This document shows positions 50,394 through 61,161 of a DNA stretch of 64,000 nucleotides, one piece after another; within the stretch, counting starts at the first letter, position 1; each line of letters opens with the position of its first letter. This DNA comes from Candidatus Krumholzibacteriia bacterium (GTDB taxonomy: Bacteria > Krumholzibacteriota > Krumholzibacteriia > JAJRXK01), in the NCBI GenBank assembly GCA_041484665.1, contig JBGPIA010000001.1, forward strand, positions 320,001 through 384,000, given 5' to 3'. The position numbers were made by a program, and so were the translations under genes. Below the pieces are notes generated by a model, which had not been told where the DNA came from, searched no databases, and saw only the letters and a list, made by a program, of their open reading frames with translations.

Positions 50394-51392
50394 ATGGCCA
50401 TGGAGCCCAGCCGCCCCCGCATCCTCTCGGGCGTTCAGCCCTCGGGCAAGCTGCATCTGGGGAATTACTTCGGAGCGATCCGCCAGCACGTCGAGCTGCA
50501 GGATCTGCCCGGCGCGCAGTGCTACTACTTCATCGCCGACCTCCACGCGCTCACCACCGTCCAGGACGCGGCACTCCTGGCGGAAAATATCCGCGACGTG
50601 GCCATCGCCTATCTGGCGCTGGGGCTGGATGCCAAGCGCACGGTGTTCTATCGGCAGAGCGACGTTCCTGAGGTCACCGAGCTGGCATGGCTGCTGGCCA
50701 GCGTCTGCGGAATGGGGCTGCTGGAGCGTGCCCACTCCTACAAGGACAAGATCGCCAAGGGCATCACCCCGTCGGTGGGCCTTTTCTACTACCCCGTGCT
50801 GATGGCCGCCGACATCCTGATCGTGAAGGCCGACCTGGTGCCGGTTGGCCAGGACCAGATCCAGCACGTGGAGATGACCCAGGATATGGCCGGCTCGTTC
50901 AACGCCGCGTTTGGCCTTGAGGTGCTCAAGCGCCCCGCGGTGCAATTGTCCAAGACGCCGAAGGTGCCTGGCACCGATGGCGCCAAGATGTCCAAGAGCT
51001 ACGGCAACACCATCGAGATCTTCCAGGAGGGCGGCCCGCTCAAGAAGGCCGTGATGGGAATCGTCACGACCTCCACGCCCCTGGGCCAGCCTCTGTCCAC
51101 CGAGAACGATACAGTCCTGGAGCTGTACAGTCTCCTGGCCACCGCGCAGGAGCGGGCCGAGCTGACCGAGGCCTATCGCACCGGCGGGATCGGTTACGGC
51201 GAGGCGAAGAAGCGCCTGCTGGCCCGCCTGGACGCCGCCTTCGCCCCGGCGCGGGAGCGACGGCGGGAGCTGCTGGCCGATCCGTCCCTGGTGGAGGACG
51301 TGCTGCGCGATGGCGCGCAGCGCGCCCGGGAAGTCGCCCGCGCCACCCTCGACGAGTGCCGCAGCGCCTGTGGGCTCTCCCGCTCGCGCTGA
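50394..51392 (+). CDS. trpS: Tryptophan--tRNA ligase
   Basis: SGVQPSGKLHLGNY (HIGH), YPVLMAADIL, VPVGQDQ and KMSKS. Confidence 0.97.
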   Translation: MAMEPSRPRILSGVQPSGKLHLGNYFGAIRQHVELQDLPGAQCYYFIADLHALTTVQDAALLAENIRDVAIAYLALGLDAKRTVFYRQSDVPEVTELAWLLASVCGMGLLERAHSYKDKIAKGITPSVGLFYYPVLMAADILIVKADLVPVGQDQIQHVEMTQDMAGSFNAAFGLEVLKRPAVQLSKTPKVPGTDGAKMSKSYGNTIEIFQEGGPLKKAVMGIVTTSTPLGQPLSTENDTVLELYSLLATAQERAELTEAYRTGGIGYGEAKKRLLARLDAAFAPARERRRELLADPSLVEDVLRDGAQRAREVARATLDECRSACGLSRSR

Positions 51393-51646
51393 GCGCGGGC
51401 CTGTGCCGGGCGGCGCCCTTGGCCTGTGCGCCCGCCGCTGCGCGCACGCCCAGCCGGCAGCCTCCCATTGCGCCGGCCCGCTGGGTGCGGCACCTTTTGC
51501 GCACGGCATGTTATAAGGAGAGAGCGCGCAGGCGCCTGCAGCCTGGCCGCCCCCCCCGGCGCAGCCGCCCGCTCGCGCGATCGCTGGGAGTGAGGCTCCG
51601 TCCGGCGCTCGACTGGGGAAATCCTCCACAAGGAGGGCACGAGGCA

Positions 51647-53521
51647 GTGGAGACGGGTTCCGATCTCCGGCAGGCGAGGGCACTGCGGGCAGCCAGCGCG
51701 ACTGCGCTGTCACTCGCGGTCGTGCTGCTGCTCGCCACAGCGGCGGTCACCGCAGAGACGCTCGCCGCAGGGACGATCGCCGCAGAGACGCTCGCCGCAG
51801 GGACGATCGCCGCAGAGACGCTCGCCGCGGGGGCGATCGCCGCAGAGACGCTCGCCGCGGAGCCGGTTCCGGCGCAGGCGCAACCCCCCGATGCAGCGAA
51901 GCCGCCGGCTCCTCCTCCCACCGCTGGCTCCCCTGCGACCACCGGCGCTCTGCCCGCGGAGCGTGCTCCCGTCGCGACCCAGGCCGAGGAGCCAGCAGAC
52001 GCGGCCTTCCAGATCGAGCAGCTCAAGGCGTCTCTGACGCAGAATCCGTACGACTTCGCGACCTATACGCGGCTGGGGGTGCTGTACATCGGTCAGAACA
52101 TGCTCGGGGAGGCGCGCGACGCGTTCATCTCCGCGATCCAGGCCGCCCCCACGCAGCCCATCGCCCACCTGAACCTCGGCATCTGCCTGCTGCGAATGGA
52201 GCGCTACACGGAGGCGCTGGCCCCGCTCAGCAGCTACCTGGGCTTCAAGCCCGACGATGGGCAGGCCTACTGGAATCTCGGCACGGCCCAGCGGAAGGCT
52301 GGCGACATGGAGGCCGCGCGGAAGACGTGGGACGAGGGGCGGCGGCGACCGGCCGTAGCGGTGGCCGACCGCGTCGATCTCACCCAGTTGCTGGCGCAGA
52401 GCTGGCTCGACGAGCACGATCTACAGCGGGCCGTTGCGGTGCTCGAGGAGGATTCGCAGCTGCTGAAGACCGACGAGGGCAAACCACTCCAGGAGCTGCG
52501 CTGTAACACCTGGCTGGCCTTGGCCAAGCAGGCCAAGGAGGCGGGCAACGACGACGAGGCGCTGGCGGGCTTCGCCGGAGCGCGCACCGCCGGGGTCACG
52601 GCCGCCGCGGTCTACCTGACGCCGGTGGGGATCCTCATGGGCAAGGAGCGCTACGACGAGGCCGCCGCGCTGCTGGAGGAGGCCGATCCCCACCTGAGCG
52701 ACGACCCCGACGTGCCCTATCTCAAGGGACTGATCGCCGACCGCCGCGGCGACGCACAGGCGGCAGCCACGGCCTATCGCGAGGCCGTGCGCCGCAGCCC
52801 CGACTATGCCGGCGTGCAGGCCGCCCTCGGAATGGACCTCGCCAAGCTGGGGGACAACGACGGAGCCAAGCAGGCGCTGGCCAAGGCCGTCGCGCGCGGA
52901 GAGGGCGGGGCGCCCGTCGCGTACAACCTCGGGGTGATCCTGGGCAAGACGGGGAACTACGCGGCGGCCATTCCCGAACTCCAGAAAGCCATCGAGCTGG
53001 ATCCCACCCTGAAAGACGCCCAGCGCGCGTTGGGGGCGGCCTACGTCAAGACCGAGCAGTTCGTCAAGGCGCAGCAGCAGTACCAGAAGCTCGTGGAACA
53101 GTTCAGCAACGATCCGCGCGACGTCTACCAGCTCGCCTTCACCCAGACCAAGCTCGGAAACCACCTGGACGCGGTCGAGAACTACCGCCAGGTGGCGCAG
53201 GCAGAGCCCAAGAACTACGGCGCGCACTACAGCCTGGGCGTCTCGCTCATGACGCTGGAGCGCTGGGACGAAGCGGTCAAGGCGTTCAGCTCCGCTGCCG
53301 CCGTCGACCCCAAGAGCGAGCTTTCGTACTTCAACCTGGGCGTCTGCAACCAAAAGCTGAAGCGCTGGAAGGACGCCATCTCCGCCTACCAGAAGGCCAT
53401 CGAGCTGCACCCCTCCGCGCGCAGCTACTCGAACATGGCAGTCTGCTACCGGGAGCTGGGCGACATCGCAGAGAGCGATCGGTGCTTCAAGCTGGCCAAC
53501 GAGCTGAAGAAGAAGGGCTAG
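51647..53521 (+). CDS. Secreted tetratricopeptide repeat protein
   Basis: GTG near AGGAGG, signal peptide, many TPRs (AHLNLG, AYNLGV, YFNLGV). Confidence 0.85.
   Translation: METGSDLRQARALRAASATALSLAVVLLLATAAVTAETLAAGTIAAETLAAGTIAAETLAAGAIAAETLAAEPVPAQAQPPDAAKPPAPPPTAGSPATTGALPAERAPVATQAEEPADAAFQIEQLKASLTQNPYDFATYTRLGVLYIGQNMLGEARDAFISAIQAAPTQPIAHLNLGICLLRMERYTEALAPLSSYLGFKPDDGQAYWNLGTAQRKAGDMEAARKTWDEGRRRPAVAVADRVDLTQLLAQSWLDEHDLQRAVAVLEEDSQLLKTDEGKPLQELRCNTWLALAKQAKEAGNDDEALAGFAGARTAGVTAAAVYLTPVGILMGKERYDEAAALLEEADPHLSDDPDVPYLKGLIADRRGDAQAAATAYREAVRRSPDYAGVQAALGMDLAKLGDNDGAKQALAKAVARGEGGAPVAYNLGVILGKTGNYAAAIPELQKAIELDPTLKDAQRALGAAYVKTEQFVKAQQQYQKLVEQFSNDPRDVYQLAFTQTKLGNHLDAVENYRQVAQAEPKNYGAHYSLGVSLMTLERWDEAVKAFSSAAAVDPKSELSYFNLGVCNQKLKRWKDAISAYQKAIELHPSARSYSNMAVCYRELGDIAESDRCFKLANELKKKG
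51751..51860 (+). repeat. 30-bp in-frame tandem repeat (3.7 copies) encoding AETLAAG(T/A)IA
   Basis: CGCAGAGACGCTCGCCGCAGGGACGATCGC at 51751 and 51781, a variant at 51811 and a partial copy at 51841. Confidence 0.95.
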
Positions 53522-53686
53522 GGGCAGTCGGCCAGGCCTTGGCTGCCGCCGCCGGGGTTGCATCGCCGCCGACGGCGCTTCGGCGGATTCGCCCCGACAC
53601 CGCGCCGGGCGCCCCCCGGCCGTGCGGCAGGCCTCGCTCGCCCTGCGCGCCGCCGTTGGCTATGCTGGGCCCTGCCGAGGGCCCCC

Positions 53687-56600
53687 ATGCCGCCTGTTCA
53701 GTCGACCCCGCCGCAACCATCGCGCTTCCGAGCGGCCGCCGGCCCCCGGGCGGTCGAGCGTTTGCTGCTGGCGGAGATCGACCGGCTGCTGCCGCGCGCG
53801 GGACTCGACCCCGGGCTACTCGCCCTGCCGGTGCTCGTGGTTGTCCCGTCGGCGAGCCTGCGCCTGCACCTGTGCGCGCGCATCGTGAACCACCGCGGAT
53901 GCGCGCTGGCAGGGCTGGCGGTCCGTACCCATCGCACACTCGCGGCGCAGATCGTCGAACGGTCCGGCGAGCCCGTGCCCGCAGGCGAGCTGCTGTTCGA
54001 CGTGCTGGTGCGCCGGGCGGCGCAGCGCGAGCCGGCGCTGGTGCAGGCGCTGGACCGGTTCGGCGACGGCTACTCCGCTGCCGCACTGAGCGTGCGTGAC
54101 CTGCTGGACGCGGGTCTCACCAGCGACCACGCCGAGGCGCTGCTGGAGCTGCTCGCCCAGGCTGGGCCGGAAGCGCAGGCTGGCGGCGGGGCATTTCTGG
54201 CCGAGCGCGAACGCGTGCGCGCGCTGGTGCGGGTGGCGGCACGGGTGCACGACGAGATGGAGCGCCAGGGACTCGGGCGCGTCTCGACCGTGCTCACCCG
54301 CGCGCGCGAGCTCGTCCTGCTCGACGGCGGCGCCGTGCTCCCCGCCCGGGCGGTGCTCGTGCACGGATTCGCCGACGCCGTGGGTCTGGCCGCCGACTTC
54401 CTCCAGGCTCTGCTGCAGAGGCCGGGAGCGCGGCTGTTCGTCGACACTCCCCCCGACCCCACCGACCGCACGCGCCCCGATGATGGCGCCGCCCTGTCGA
54501 AACGTTTCCTCGAGCACGTCACGCAAGGCGCGCCGATCCTCGCGCCCGCCGGGGAAGTGCCGCCCGCTCCCACCGTGAGCTTCTGCGAAGCGCCCGGCGT
54601 GCACGCGGAGGTGCGCGAGGCAGCGCGCCGCATTCGCGCGCTGCTCCACCTGGGCGTGCCAGCGGAGTCGATCGGCGTGGCAGCGCGCACGCTGGACGCC
54701 TACCGGTTGCCCGCGCGCCTGCATTTTGGCCGCCTGGCCGTCCCGTTCTCGGGCGTCGGCGCCGCCGGACCGGCGACGGCGCTGCACCGGGCTGTTGGCG
54801 CTCTCCTTGCACTGCTGCGGACGAAGGAGCGGACGCCGGCAGATCGCTGGCTGGATTGCCTGCAGCTGTGGGACGCGCCGGCGCCGGCGCAGCAGCGATG
54901 GTCGCGCGGGTCGCTGCCGCGGCCCCTCACACCGGAGTTCGAGCTGCGCCTCGCGCTGCGGACGGCCGGCGCCGCCCGCGTCTCGGACGTGGCTGCGCTA
55001 CGCCCGGCGCTCTTGCTGAACGCGCGCGATGAGCTCCCGCTGGCGGTGCGCCGCGGGCTGGAGGACGATTTCGACCCGGATACCCGGGACGCGGACGGGC
55101 TTGCGGGCGGCCCGGCGGCCGGGCCAGACGCGGCACCCATCGGCCGGACGCGGGCTCCGCGCCGCGCCGTCGCGGGCACGATGCTGCGTGCGACAGTGGC
55201 CGCGGCGCAACGGCTCTGCGCGCGGCTGCGGGAATGGCCGCGCAGCGCTCCCTGTGCGCAGCATCTGGCGCTACTGCGCACGACGCTCACAGACGAGTTG
55301 TGCTGGGGCTCGCCGTCTCCCGCCGCAGACATGTGGGAGCAGCTCGTGGACGGCCTGGCCGGCGCGCTGCCGCCCGACTTCGCGCTGAGCGACGAGGAGC
55401 TCGTCCTGATTCTGGGGCGTGCGCTCGCCGACGCGGGACGCGGCCCGGTGGGTGGCGCGGGTGGCGGCGTGCGCCTGCTGAGTGTAACCGAGAGTCGCGG
55501 CTGCACCTTTACCCACCTGTTCGTGCTGGGTCTCAATCGCGACGCGTTCCCCGGCAGGATCCGCCGCGATCCGCTCCTGCCCGATCCACTGAGAGCAGCG
55601 ATGCGCGCGCTGCTCCCGGACCTGCCGCTGAAGGAGAGCGGATTCCACGAGGAGCGCTACCTCTTCGCGCAGCTGCTGGAGGCGGCCGATCACGTCACAC
55701 TGTCGTGGTTGACCGGCGACGACGACGGCACCCCGCGCACCCGCTCGCCCCTGGTTCAGCGGCTGGTCCGGGCGCTGCCGGAGGCGGCCGTGGAGCGCGC
55801 CCCGGCCCTGGTCACGCCCCAAGCGCAGGGCCCAGTCACCGCCTTCGAGGGCGCCGTGCAGGCGGGCCTGGCCGGACGCGCGCAGCGCGAGCCGCAGTGG
55901 CAAGCTACCCTGCAGGCCGCGATCGAGGAGGGTTGGCGCGAGCTTGCCGGCCACGCCCCCGGCCTGGACGCGCGCGTGCTGGCACGCGCCCGCATCGCAA
56001 TCGCGCGCGAGTTCGACCGTTCGCCGTGGACGAGCGCCGCGGGCCAGCTCGATCTGGGCCCCTACTTCGGGTTCCTGGGAGCCATCCGCGCTGCAGGCGA
56101 TCCGCGCGCCAACGACCTGTACGTGTCGACCCTGGAACGGATGGCGGAGTGCCCCTGGCGCGCGTTCCTCACCCGTCTGCTGCACCTGCAGCCGCTGCAG
56201 GATCCGACCGCGGAGCTTCCCGTGCCGACCCCGCTGGTCGTCGGCGAAGCGGTCCACGCCGTGCTGCAGCGCGTGGTGCGCGATGCCCTGCCCGATCCGC
56301 AGCGCGCGCTGGCCACCATCGAAGCCGCGCTCGCGCAGGGGCCGGTCGCCGTCCCCTGGCCGGACACGGCCACGCTCGAGCGCGCGCTGCACGAGGAATG
56401 CGCGCGGGTCGCCCGGGAGCACGGGCTCAACCTCCCCGTTGTCGCTGCGATGTTGCGCGAGCGCGTTCGGCCCCACCTCGAGGCGGCGCGGACAGCTGAC
56501 TGGTCCGATGAGCCTCCGCTGGTGCTGGGCGCGGAGCTGCAGGGCGTCGCGGCGAGCGGCGGCGCGGATGAAAGCGGCGCGCCCACGCGTGGCGCGGCCG

Positions 56601-57340
56601 CAGGCGCTACGCATGCGAGCAGCGCAGCCGGCGTCCGTGGGCCGGCGCTGCGCTTCCGCGCCGACCGTGTCGACCTGGTCGGCCAGCGCCTGCGCCTGAC
56701 CGATTACAAGACCGGCGCTCCGTTGAGCACCGATGCGAAGGAGGATACGCGCCACCGCAAGCTCGTGGCCAAGATCGCCGCAGGCACCACGCTCCAGGCC
56801 GCGCTCTACGCCCGCGCGACGGGGCCGGTAGGCGCGGCGCCGACCTTGGGCCGCTACCTTTACATCAAGCCCGATCCGCCGGGAGGGGAGTTCCCCGAAC
56901 GCGCCTTCGAGGTCGCAGCGGACGACGCACAGGCGCGTGACGCGCTATCGGCCGCGGTGCGGGCCCTGCTCGCCGTGTGGCGCGAAGGCGCGTTCTTTCC
57001 CCGCCTGCTCGACCGCGACGGAACCAAGGAGCCCGAGCTTTGCGAGCGTTGCGAGGTGAAACAAGCCTGCGTGCGCGGTGACTCCGGGCTGCGGGACCGC
57101 CTGCAACTGTGGACGCGGGACGCGCTCGAGGCCGGCGCGCGCTTCACTGCCGCCGCGTCACGGCCCGAGCGCGCGCTCATGGAGCTGTGGGCGCTGGGGG
57201 CCCCCAGCGTGGGTGAGCGGTCGGACGAGCCGGGCACGGCCGCAGTGCCCAGCGAGCCCAGCGAGCCCAGCGATTCCGGGGAGCCGGCCGCGCCGGACGA
57301 GTCGCCGGACATGCAGAACCCACCGGGGCCGCGATCATGA
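53687..57340 (+). CDS. addB: AddB/RexB-like subunit with C-terminal PD-(D/E)xK nuclease and Fe-S cysteines
   Basis: VVVPS, RG..F..LFVLGLN...FP, EERYLF, CPWRAF, RADRVD, LTDYKTG, Q..LY and CERCEVKQAC. Directly upstream of addA. Confidence 0.8.
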   Translation: MPPVQSTPPQPSRFRAAAGPRAVERLLLAEIDRLLPRAGLDPGLLALPVLVVVPSASLRLHLCARIVNHRGCALAGLAVRTHRTLAAQIVERSGEPVPAGELLFDVLVRRAAQREPALVQALDRFGDGYSAAALSVRDLLDAGLTSDHAEALLELLAQAGPEAQAGGGAFLAERERVRALVRVAARVHDEMERQGLGRVSTVLTRARELVLLDGGAVLPARAVLVHGFADAVGLAADFLQALLQRPGARLFVDTPPDPTDRTRPDDGAALSKRFLEHVTQGAPILAPAGEVPPAPTVSFCEAPGVHAEVREAARRIRALLHLGVPAESIGVAARTLDAYRLPARLHFGRLAVPFSGVGAAGPATALHRAVGALLALLRTKERTPADRWLDCLQLWDAPAPAQQRWSRGSLPRPLTPEFELRLALRTAGAARVSDVAALRPALLLNARDELPLAVRRGLEDDFDPDTRDADGLAGGPAAGPDAAPIGRTRAPRRAVAGTMLRATVAAAQRLCARLREWPRSAPCAQHLALLRTTLTDELCWGSPSPAADMWEQLVDGLAGALPPDFALSDEELVLILGRALADAGRGPVGGAGGGVRLLSVTESRGCTFTHLFVLGLNRDAFPGRIRRDPLLPDPLRAAMRALLPDLPLKESGFHEERYLFAQLLEAADHVTLSWLTGDDDGTPRTRSPLVQRLVRALPEAAVERAPALVTPQAQGPVTAFEGAVQAGLAGRAQREPQWQATLQAAIEEGWRELAGHAPGLDARVLARARIAIAREFDRSPWTSAAGQLDLGPYFGFLGAIRAAGDPRANDLYVSTLERMAECPWRAFLTRLLHLQPLQDPTAELPVPTPLVVGEAVHAVLQRVVRDALPDPQRALATIEAALAQGPVAVPWPDTATLERALHEECARVAREHGLNLPVVAAMLRERVRPHLEAARTADWSDEPPLVLGAELQGVAASGGADESGAPTRGAAAGATHASSAAGVRGPALRFRADRVDLVGQRLRLTDYKTGAPLSTDAKEDTRHRKLVAKIAAGTTLQAALYARATGPVGAAPTLGRYLYIKPDPPGGEFPERAFEVAADDAQARDALSAAVRALLAVWREGAFFPRLLDRDGTKEPELCERCEVKQACVRGDSGLRDRLQLWTRDALEAGARFTAAASRPERALMELWALGAPSVGERSDEPGTAAVPSEPSEPSDSGEPAAPDESPDMQNPPGPRS

Positions 57341-60300
57341 ACGACGCGGCTTCCGCCATCGGGCTGGGCGCGCGAGATAAGCAGGCGCGCTGGCTCGCGC
57401 AGACGGAGTTCCGCCGGCCGCTCATGCTGGAGGCAGGTGCGGGGACGGGCAAGACCACCACGCTGGTCAGCCGCGCTCTGGCCTGGCTGCTCGGTCCCGG
57501 GTGGGACGAGGCTGCGCAAGCGGAGCAGGCCGCGGCGCAGCAGCACGACGCGGCTCCAGCGCGCGAGATCCAGATCGCGGCCTTCGCCTTGGACCGTCTG
57601 GTAGCCATCACGTTCACCGAGGCCGCGGCGGCCGAGATGGAGAATCGCATCGGCGAGGCGCTCGCAACACTCGTGGGCGGCGCGGCGCCCATGGGGATGG
57701 AGTTCTGGTGGGAGCGAGCCGACGCGCCTGAGCGGGAGCGCCGTGCCCACCGCTCGCACGTCTTGCTGGACGCCTTCGACCACCTGCGCGTGAGCACGAT
57801 CCACTCCTTCTGCAGCCAGCTCCTCGCCCGCCACCCCTTCGAGGCCGGCCTCGCCCCGCGGTTTGCCATCGACGACGAGCAACGCCTGCTCCCCGAGGCG
57901 GCCCGCGAGGTGGTCGAGCAGTGGCTGCGCGCCGCCCAGGGAACGGCGCTGGACGCGCCAGCAGCGCATCTTGCGGCCAGGGGGATCGGCCTCGACAAAT
58001 TGCTGGAGGCGTTGATCACCCTCGCCCAGGAAGGCGCGCCGCCCAGCGCCCTGGCGGAGGACCCGCTCTCGCCCGCGCGGCTCGACGCGCTGCTGGACCG
58101 GTTGCTGGCCGCGACGCACGCGCTCCTCGCAGTCGTCGGTGAGCGGCTGGCGGGCGCGCCGCGGCGCGGCTACGCCCACCTGCTGCCGGGAGCCTTGGCA
58201 GGCCTGCGCACGGCGCTGGCGGCGCCGGCCTCCCGCCCGCGCGACATCAATGCGTTGCGCGGGCTCATCGACGAGCAGCTCTCCCCCGCAGGCAGGAAGC
58301 TCGCCGGCACGATCGGCAACTGGTGCCGTGGCAAACTGAGCAGCGCGGGCGAGCGGGAGCTGCTGGGCGGCGTGCAGCCGCTGCTGGCGCGGCGAGCGGC
58401 CGCGTTGGACCAGCTGCTTACGCACGTTGCACGGCTCGATCCCCAGTTGCTCGACAGCGCGCGCCGGCTGTTGCATCCCTGGCTTTGCGCGACCTACGAG
58501 CGGCTGCGAGCCTCCGGGGTCCAGACCTATCAGGCCCTGCTGGACGACACGTGCGCCCTGCTGCGGGACCATCCGGCGGTGCGCGCGCAGATCCGGGCCC
58601 GGATCCGCCAGCTGCTGGTGGACGAGTTCCAGGACACCGACGTGGTCCAGTGCGAGATCGTACGCTGGATCGCTCTCGACGGACCCGAGGCGGAGCGTCC
58701 GGGACTGTTCCTGGTGGGCGACCCCAAGCAGTCGATCTACGGTTGGCGGCGGGCCGACCTGCGCGCCTACGACGACTTCTGCGCGCGCGTGCTGGGCGAG
58801 CGCGCGCAACCGGAGCGGCTCGCTGTGAACTTCCGTAGCGCGCCGGCCATCCTCGCGGAAGTGGACCGGGTGATCCGCGGCGGCGAGCTCATGCGCGAAG
58901 AGCGTGGCGTGCAGCCCCGGTACGTCGAGGTGCTCGCGTCCACCCGCAACCAGGAGCAGCGTCCAGGCACGCGCCTGGCTGTCGGCGATCCGTCTACACC
59001 AAGCCACCGCATCGAGTACTGGGTCTCGTGGAAGCCGAACGCCGCGGGCGTCCCCGATCCCAAGAGCACCCGTGCGGCCGACGCGGCGCGCATCGAAGCG
59101 GAAGCCATCGCGGCCGACATCCTGACACTGCAGGAGCGCCTGCGTGGCGCGGCGCTGGGCGCCGTAGCTCGCAAGGCCACCGCAGAGAAACCGTGGGGGC
59201 TCGACCAGGTCGCAATCCTGCTACGATCCACATCGGACCTGGACGCCTACCTGTCCGCGCTGCGGAAAGCCGGCATCCCGTTCGCTGTGGAGCGCGACCG
59301 CAGCTACTACCGGCGCCGCGAGATCATCGATGCCGCCGCCCTGCTGCGCGCGGTGCTCGACCCAGCCGACCAGCTCGCGCTGGTCACCTTGCTGCGCTCG
59401 CCCATGGTGGGCGTCCCCGACGCCGCGTTGTTGCCGCTGTGGGCCGGCCGCCTGCCGGAACGGTTGATGGAGCTGCGGCCCGACGACGCCGTGGCGCTGC
59501 GCGAGATCGACGATCTCCTGCAGGGCGTGGCCCGCGGCCTGCCACCGGACAGCCCGGGGCTGCGGCGCATCCAAGGCTGGGAGACCAGCGCGCTGGCGGC
59601 GCTGCATCACCTGGCGCTGCTGCGCAGATCGTTTCGCGCGGACGATCCCGACGTCTTCCTCGAGCGCGTGCGGCAGACCTTCCTGCAGGAAGCCACCGAG
59701 GCGACGCGCTACCTGGCCCCCTACCGCATCGCCAACCTCGACCGCTTCTTCCGCGTGCTCGCCGGCGCCGTGGACGAGGCCGGCTCCGACGTGCAGGCGC
59801 TGCTGCGCGCTTTGCGCCAAAGCGTCGCGCAGGAGCGCGACGCGGAGGAGGGGCGGCCGCCGGCGGCACTGGCCGACGCCGTGCGGATCATGACGATCCA
59901 CAAGGCGAAGGGGCTGGAGTTCGAACACGTCTATCTCGCGCAGCTGCACAAGCAGCATGGGCGTGGCGAGCACGCTCCCGCCAGCGCCGCCGTCATCGCC
60001 GGCCGCTGGGAGTACTCGTTGCTGGGCGCACCCACGCTGGGATACGACCAGGTGCAGGCGCGCGCACGTGACGTGGAGGGCGCCGAGCGCGTCCGCACTC
60101 TCTACGTGGCCATGACCCGCGCCAAGGAGCGCCTGGTGCTGCTGGGCAACTGGCCGCTCCCCGCGCAGCCGGTGGATGCGGGCCAGGCCCAGACCCTCCT
60201 CGAGCTGCTGCACTCGCGCCCCGGGCTACCGCCGCTGGCCGCGCTGGCAGCTGCGTGCGCGCAGGGGGCGCCCGTGCAGATCCACGCCGACGCGGCGGAC

Positions 60301-61161
60301 GCCGGCTGGCGCTTCGCGCACACGTTGCAACTCCCCATCCCCCGCACAGACGCGGCCCAGGAGCCCGCCGGGCTGCCCACGGCCGAGCAGCTCGACTTAT
60401 CCTCGCGGGATCTTCACGCGGCGCGCGCCGCCGCCCGCGTGCGCATGGCCCGCCCGTTCCACGGCGCCGCGTCGCAGCAGGCGCACGAGGCGCTGCGCGA
60501 GCTGCGCTACGAGGATGGGCCGCCGGGAATGACCCTGGACGAGGACTCGGCGGGCACCGCGAGGACGGTCGCCAGCCAGGCGCACCTCGCAGGGGCGCGC
60601 GCGGAGGCCGAGCAGCGCATCGCGATGGCGGTCGGCAGTGCGCTCCACCGCGTGCTGGAGGAGCTCGACCTGCAGCAGGCTGCGCAGACCGGAGCGGACC
60701 AGGTGCAAACCCGTGTCGAAGTGGTGCTGGCGGCCCTGTTGGATGAGCCATTGCGCGCGCAGGCGCGCGCTCGAGCTGCCCAGCTGCTCGCGCGCGTCAC
60801 CGCCGGTGGGCTGCTGCAGCACCTGTTCGCGTTGCGCGATCAGGTCGTGGCGCGCGAGCTGCCGGTGCTGCTCTCGCCGCGGCGCGATGACGGGCCGGTG
60901 GGCTTCCTGAGCGGGACCATCGACCTGCTGTATATCGATCCGCAGAGCGGCGAGCTGGTCGTGGCCGACTACAAGACCGACGCCGTCGCGGACGATGCGG
61001 ACCTGCACGAGCGCGCCCGCGCCTACTGCCTGCAAGGTGCCGTCTACGCCCAAGCCGTGCAGGAAGCGCTCGGTCTGCCGGCTGCGCCGCGCCTGGAGCT
61101 GTGGTTCCTCGCCGCCGATCGGATCTGGCGCGAGGACGCGGCAGCGGGCCCGCTCGCGTGA
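57337..61161 (+). CDS. addA: AddA/RexA-like UvrD helicase-nuclease
   Basis: EAGAGTGKTT, AITFTEAAA.EM, STIHSFC, VDEFQDTD, VGDPKQSIY, NFRS, MTIHKAKGLEF, LYVAMTRA and GTIDLL..VADYKT. Confidence 0.9.
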   Translation: MNDAASAIGLGARDKQARWLAQTEFRRPLMLEAGAGTGKTTTLVSRALAWLLGPGWDEAAQAEQAAAQQHDAAPAREIQIAAFALDRLVAITFTEAAAAEMENRIGEALATLVGGAAPMGMEFWWERADAPERERRAHRSHVLLDAFDHLRVSTIHSFCSQLLARHPFEAGLAPRFAIDDEQRLLPEAAREVVEQWLRAAQGTALDAPAAHLAARGIGLDKLLEALITLAQEGAPPSALAEDPLSPARLDALLDRLLAATHALLAVVGERLAGAPRRGYAHLLPGALAGLRTALAAPASRPRDINALRGLIDEQLSPAGRKLAGTIGNWCRGKLSSAGERELLGGVQPLLARRAAALDQLLTHVARLDPQLLDSARRLLHPWLCATYERLRASGVQTYQALLDDTCALLRDHPAVRAQIRARIRQLLVDEFQDTDVVQCEIVRWIALDGPEAERPGLFLVGDPKQSIYGWRRADLRAYDDFCARVLGERAQPERLAVNFRSAPAILAEVDRVIRGGELMREERGVQPRYVEVLASTRNQEQRPGTRLAVGDPSTPSHRIEYWVSWKPNAAGVPDPKSTRAADAARIEAEAIAADILTLQERLRGAALGAVARKATAEKPWGLDQVAILLRSTSDLDAYLSALRKAGIPFAVERDRSYYRRREIIDAAALLRAVLDPADQLALVTLLRSPMVGVPDAALLPLWAGRLPERLMELRPDDAVALREIDDLLQGVARGLPPDSPGLRRIQGWETSALAALHHLALLRRSFRADDPDVFLERVRQTFLQEATEATRYLAPYRIANLDRFFRVLAGAVDEAGSDVQALLRALRQSVAQERDAEEGRPPAALADAVRIMTIHKAKGLEFEHVYLAQLHKQHGRGEHAPASAAVIAGRWEYSLLGAPTLGYDQVQARARDVEGAERVRTLYVAMTRAKERLVLLGNWPLPAQPVDAGQAQTLLELLHSRPGLPPLAALAAACAQGAPVQIHADAADAGWRFAHTLQLPIPRTDAAQEPAGLPTAEQLDLSSRDLHAARAAARVRMARPFHGAASQQAHEALRELRYEDGPPGMTLDEDSAGTARTVASQAHLAGARAEAEQRIAMAVGSALHRVLEELDLQQAAQTGADQVQTRVEVVLAALLDEPLRAQARARAAQLLARVTAGGLLQHLFALRDQVVARELPVLLSPRRDDGPVGFLSGTIDLLYIDPQSGELVVADYKTDAVADDADLHERARAYCLQGAVYAQAVQEALGLPAAPRLELWFLAADRIWREDAAAGPLA

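Noticed and set aside
51496..51512. GGCAC...TTGC as a sigma-54 promoter upstream of the TPR gene
   Set aside because: Spacing between GG and the GC of TTGC is 8 nt, not the required 10.
51751..51860. 30-bp repeats as a possible CRISPR array
   Set aside because: Head-to-tail copies with no spacers, in frame within a CDS, and no cas genes nearby.
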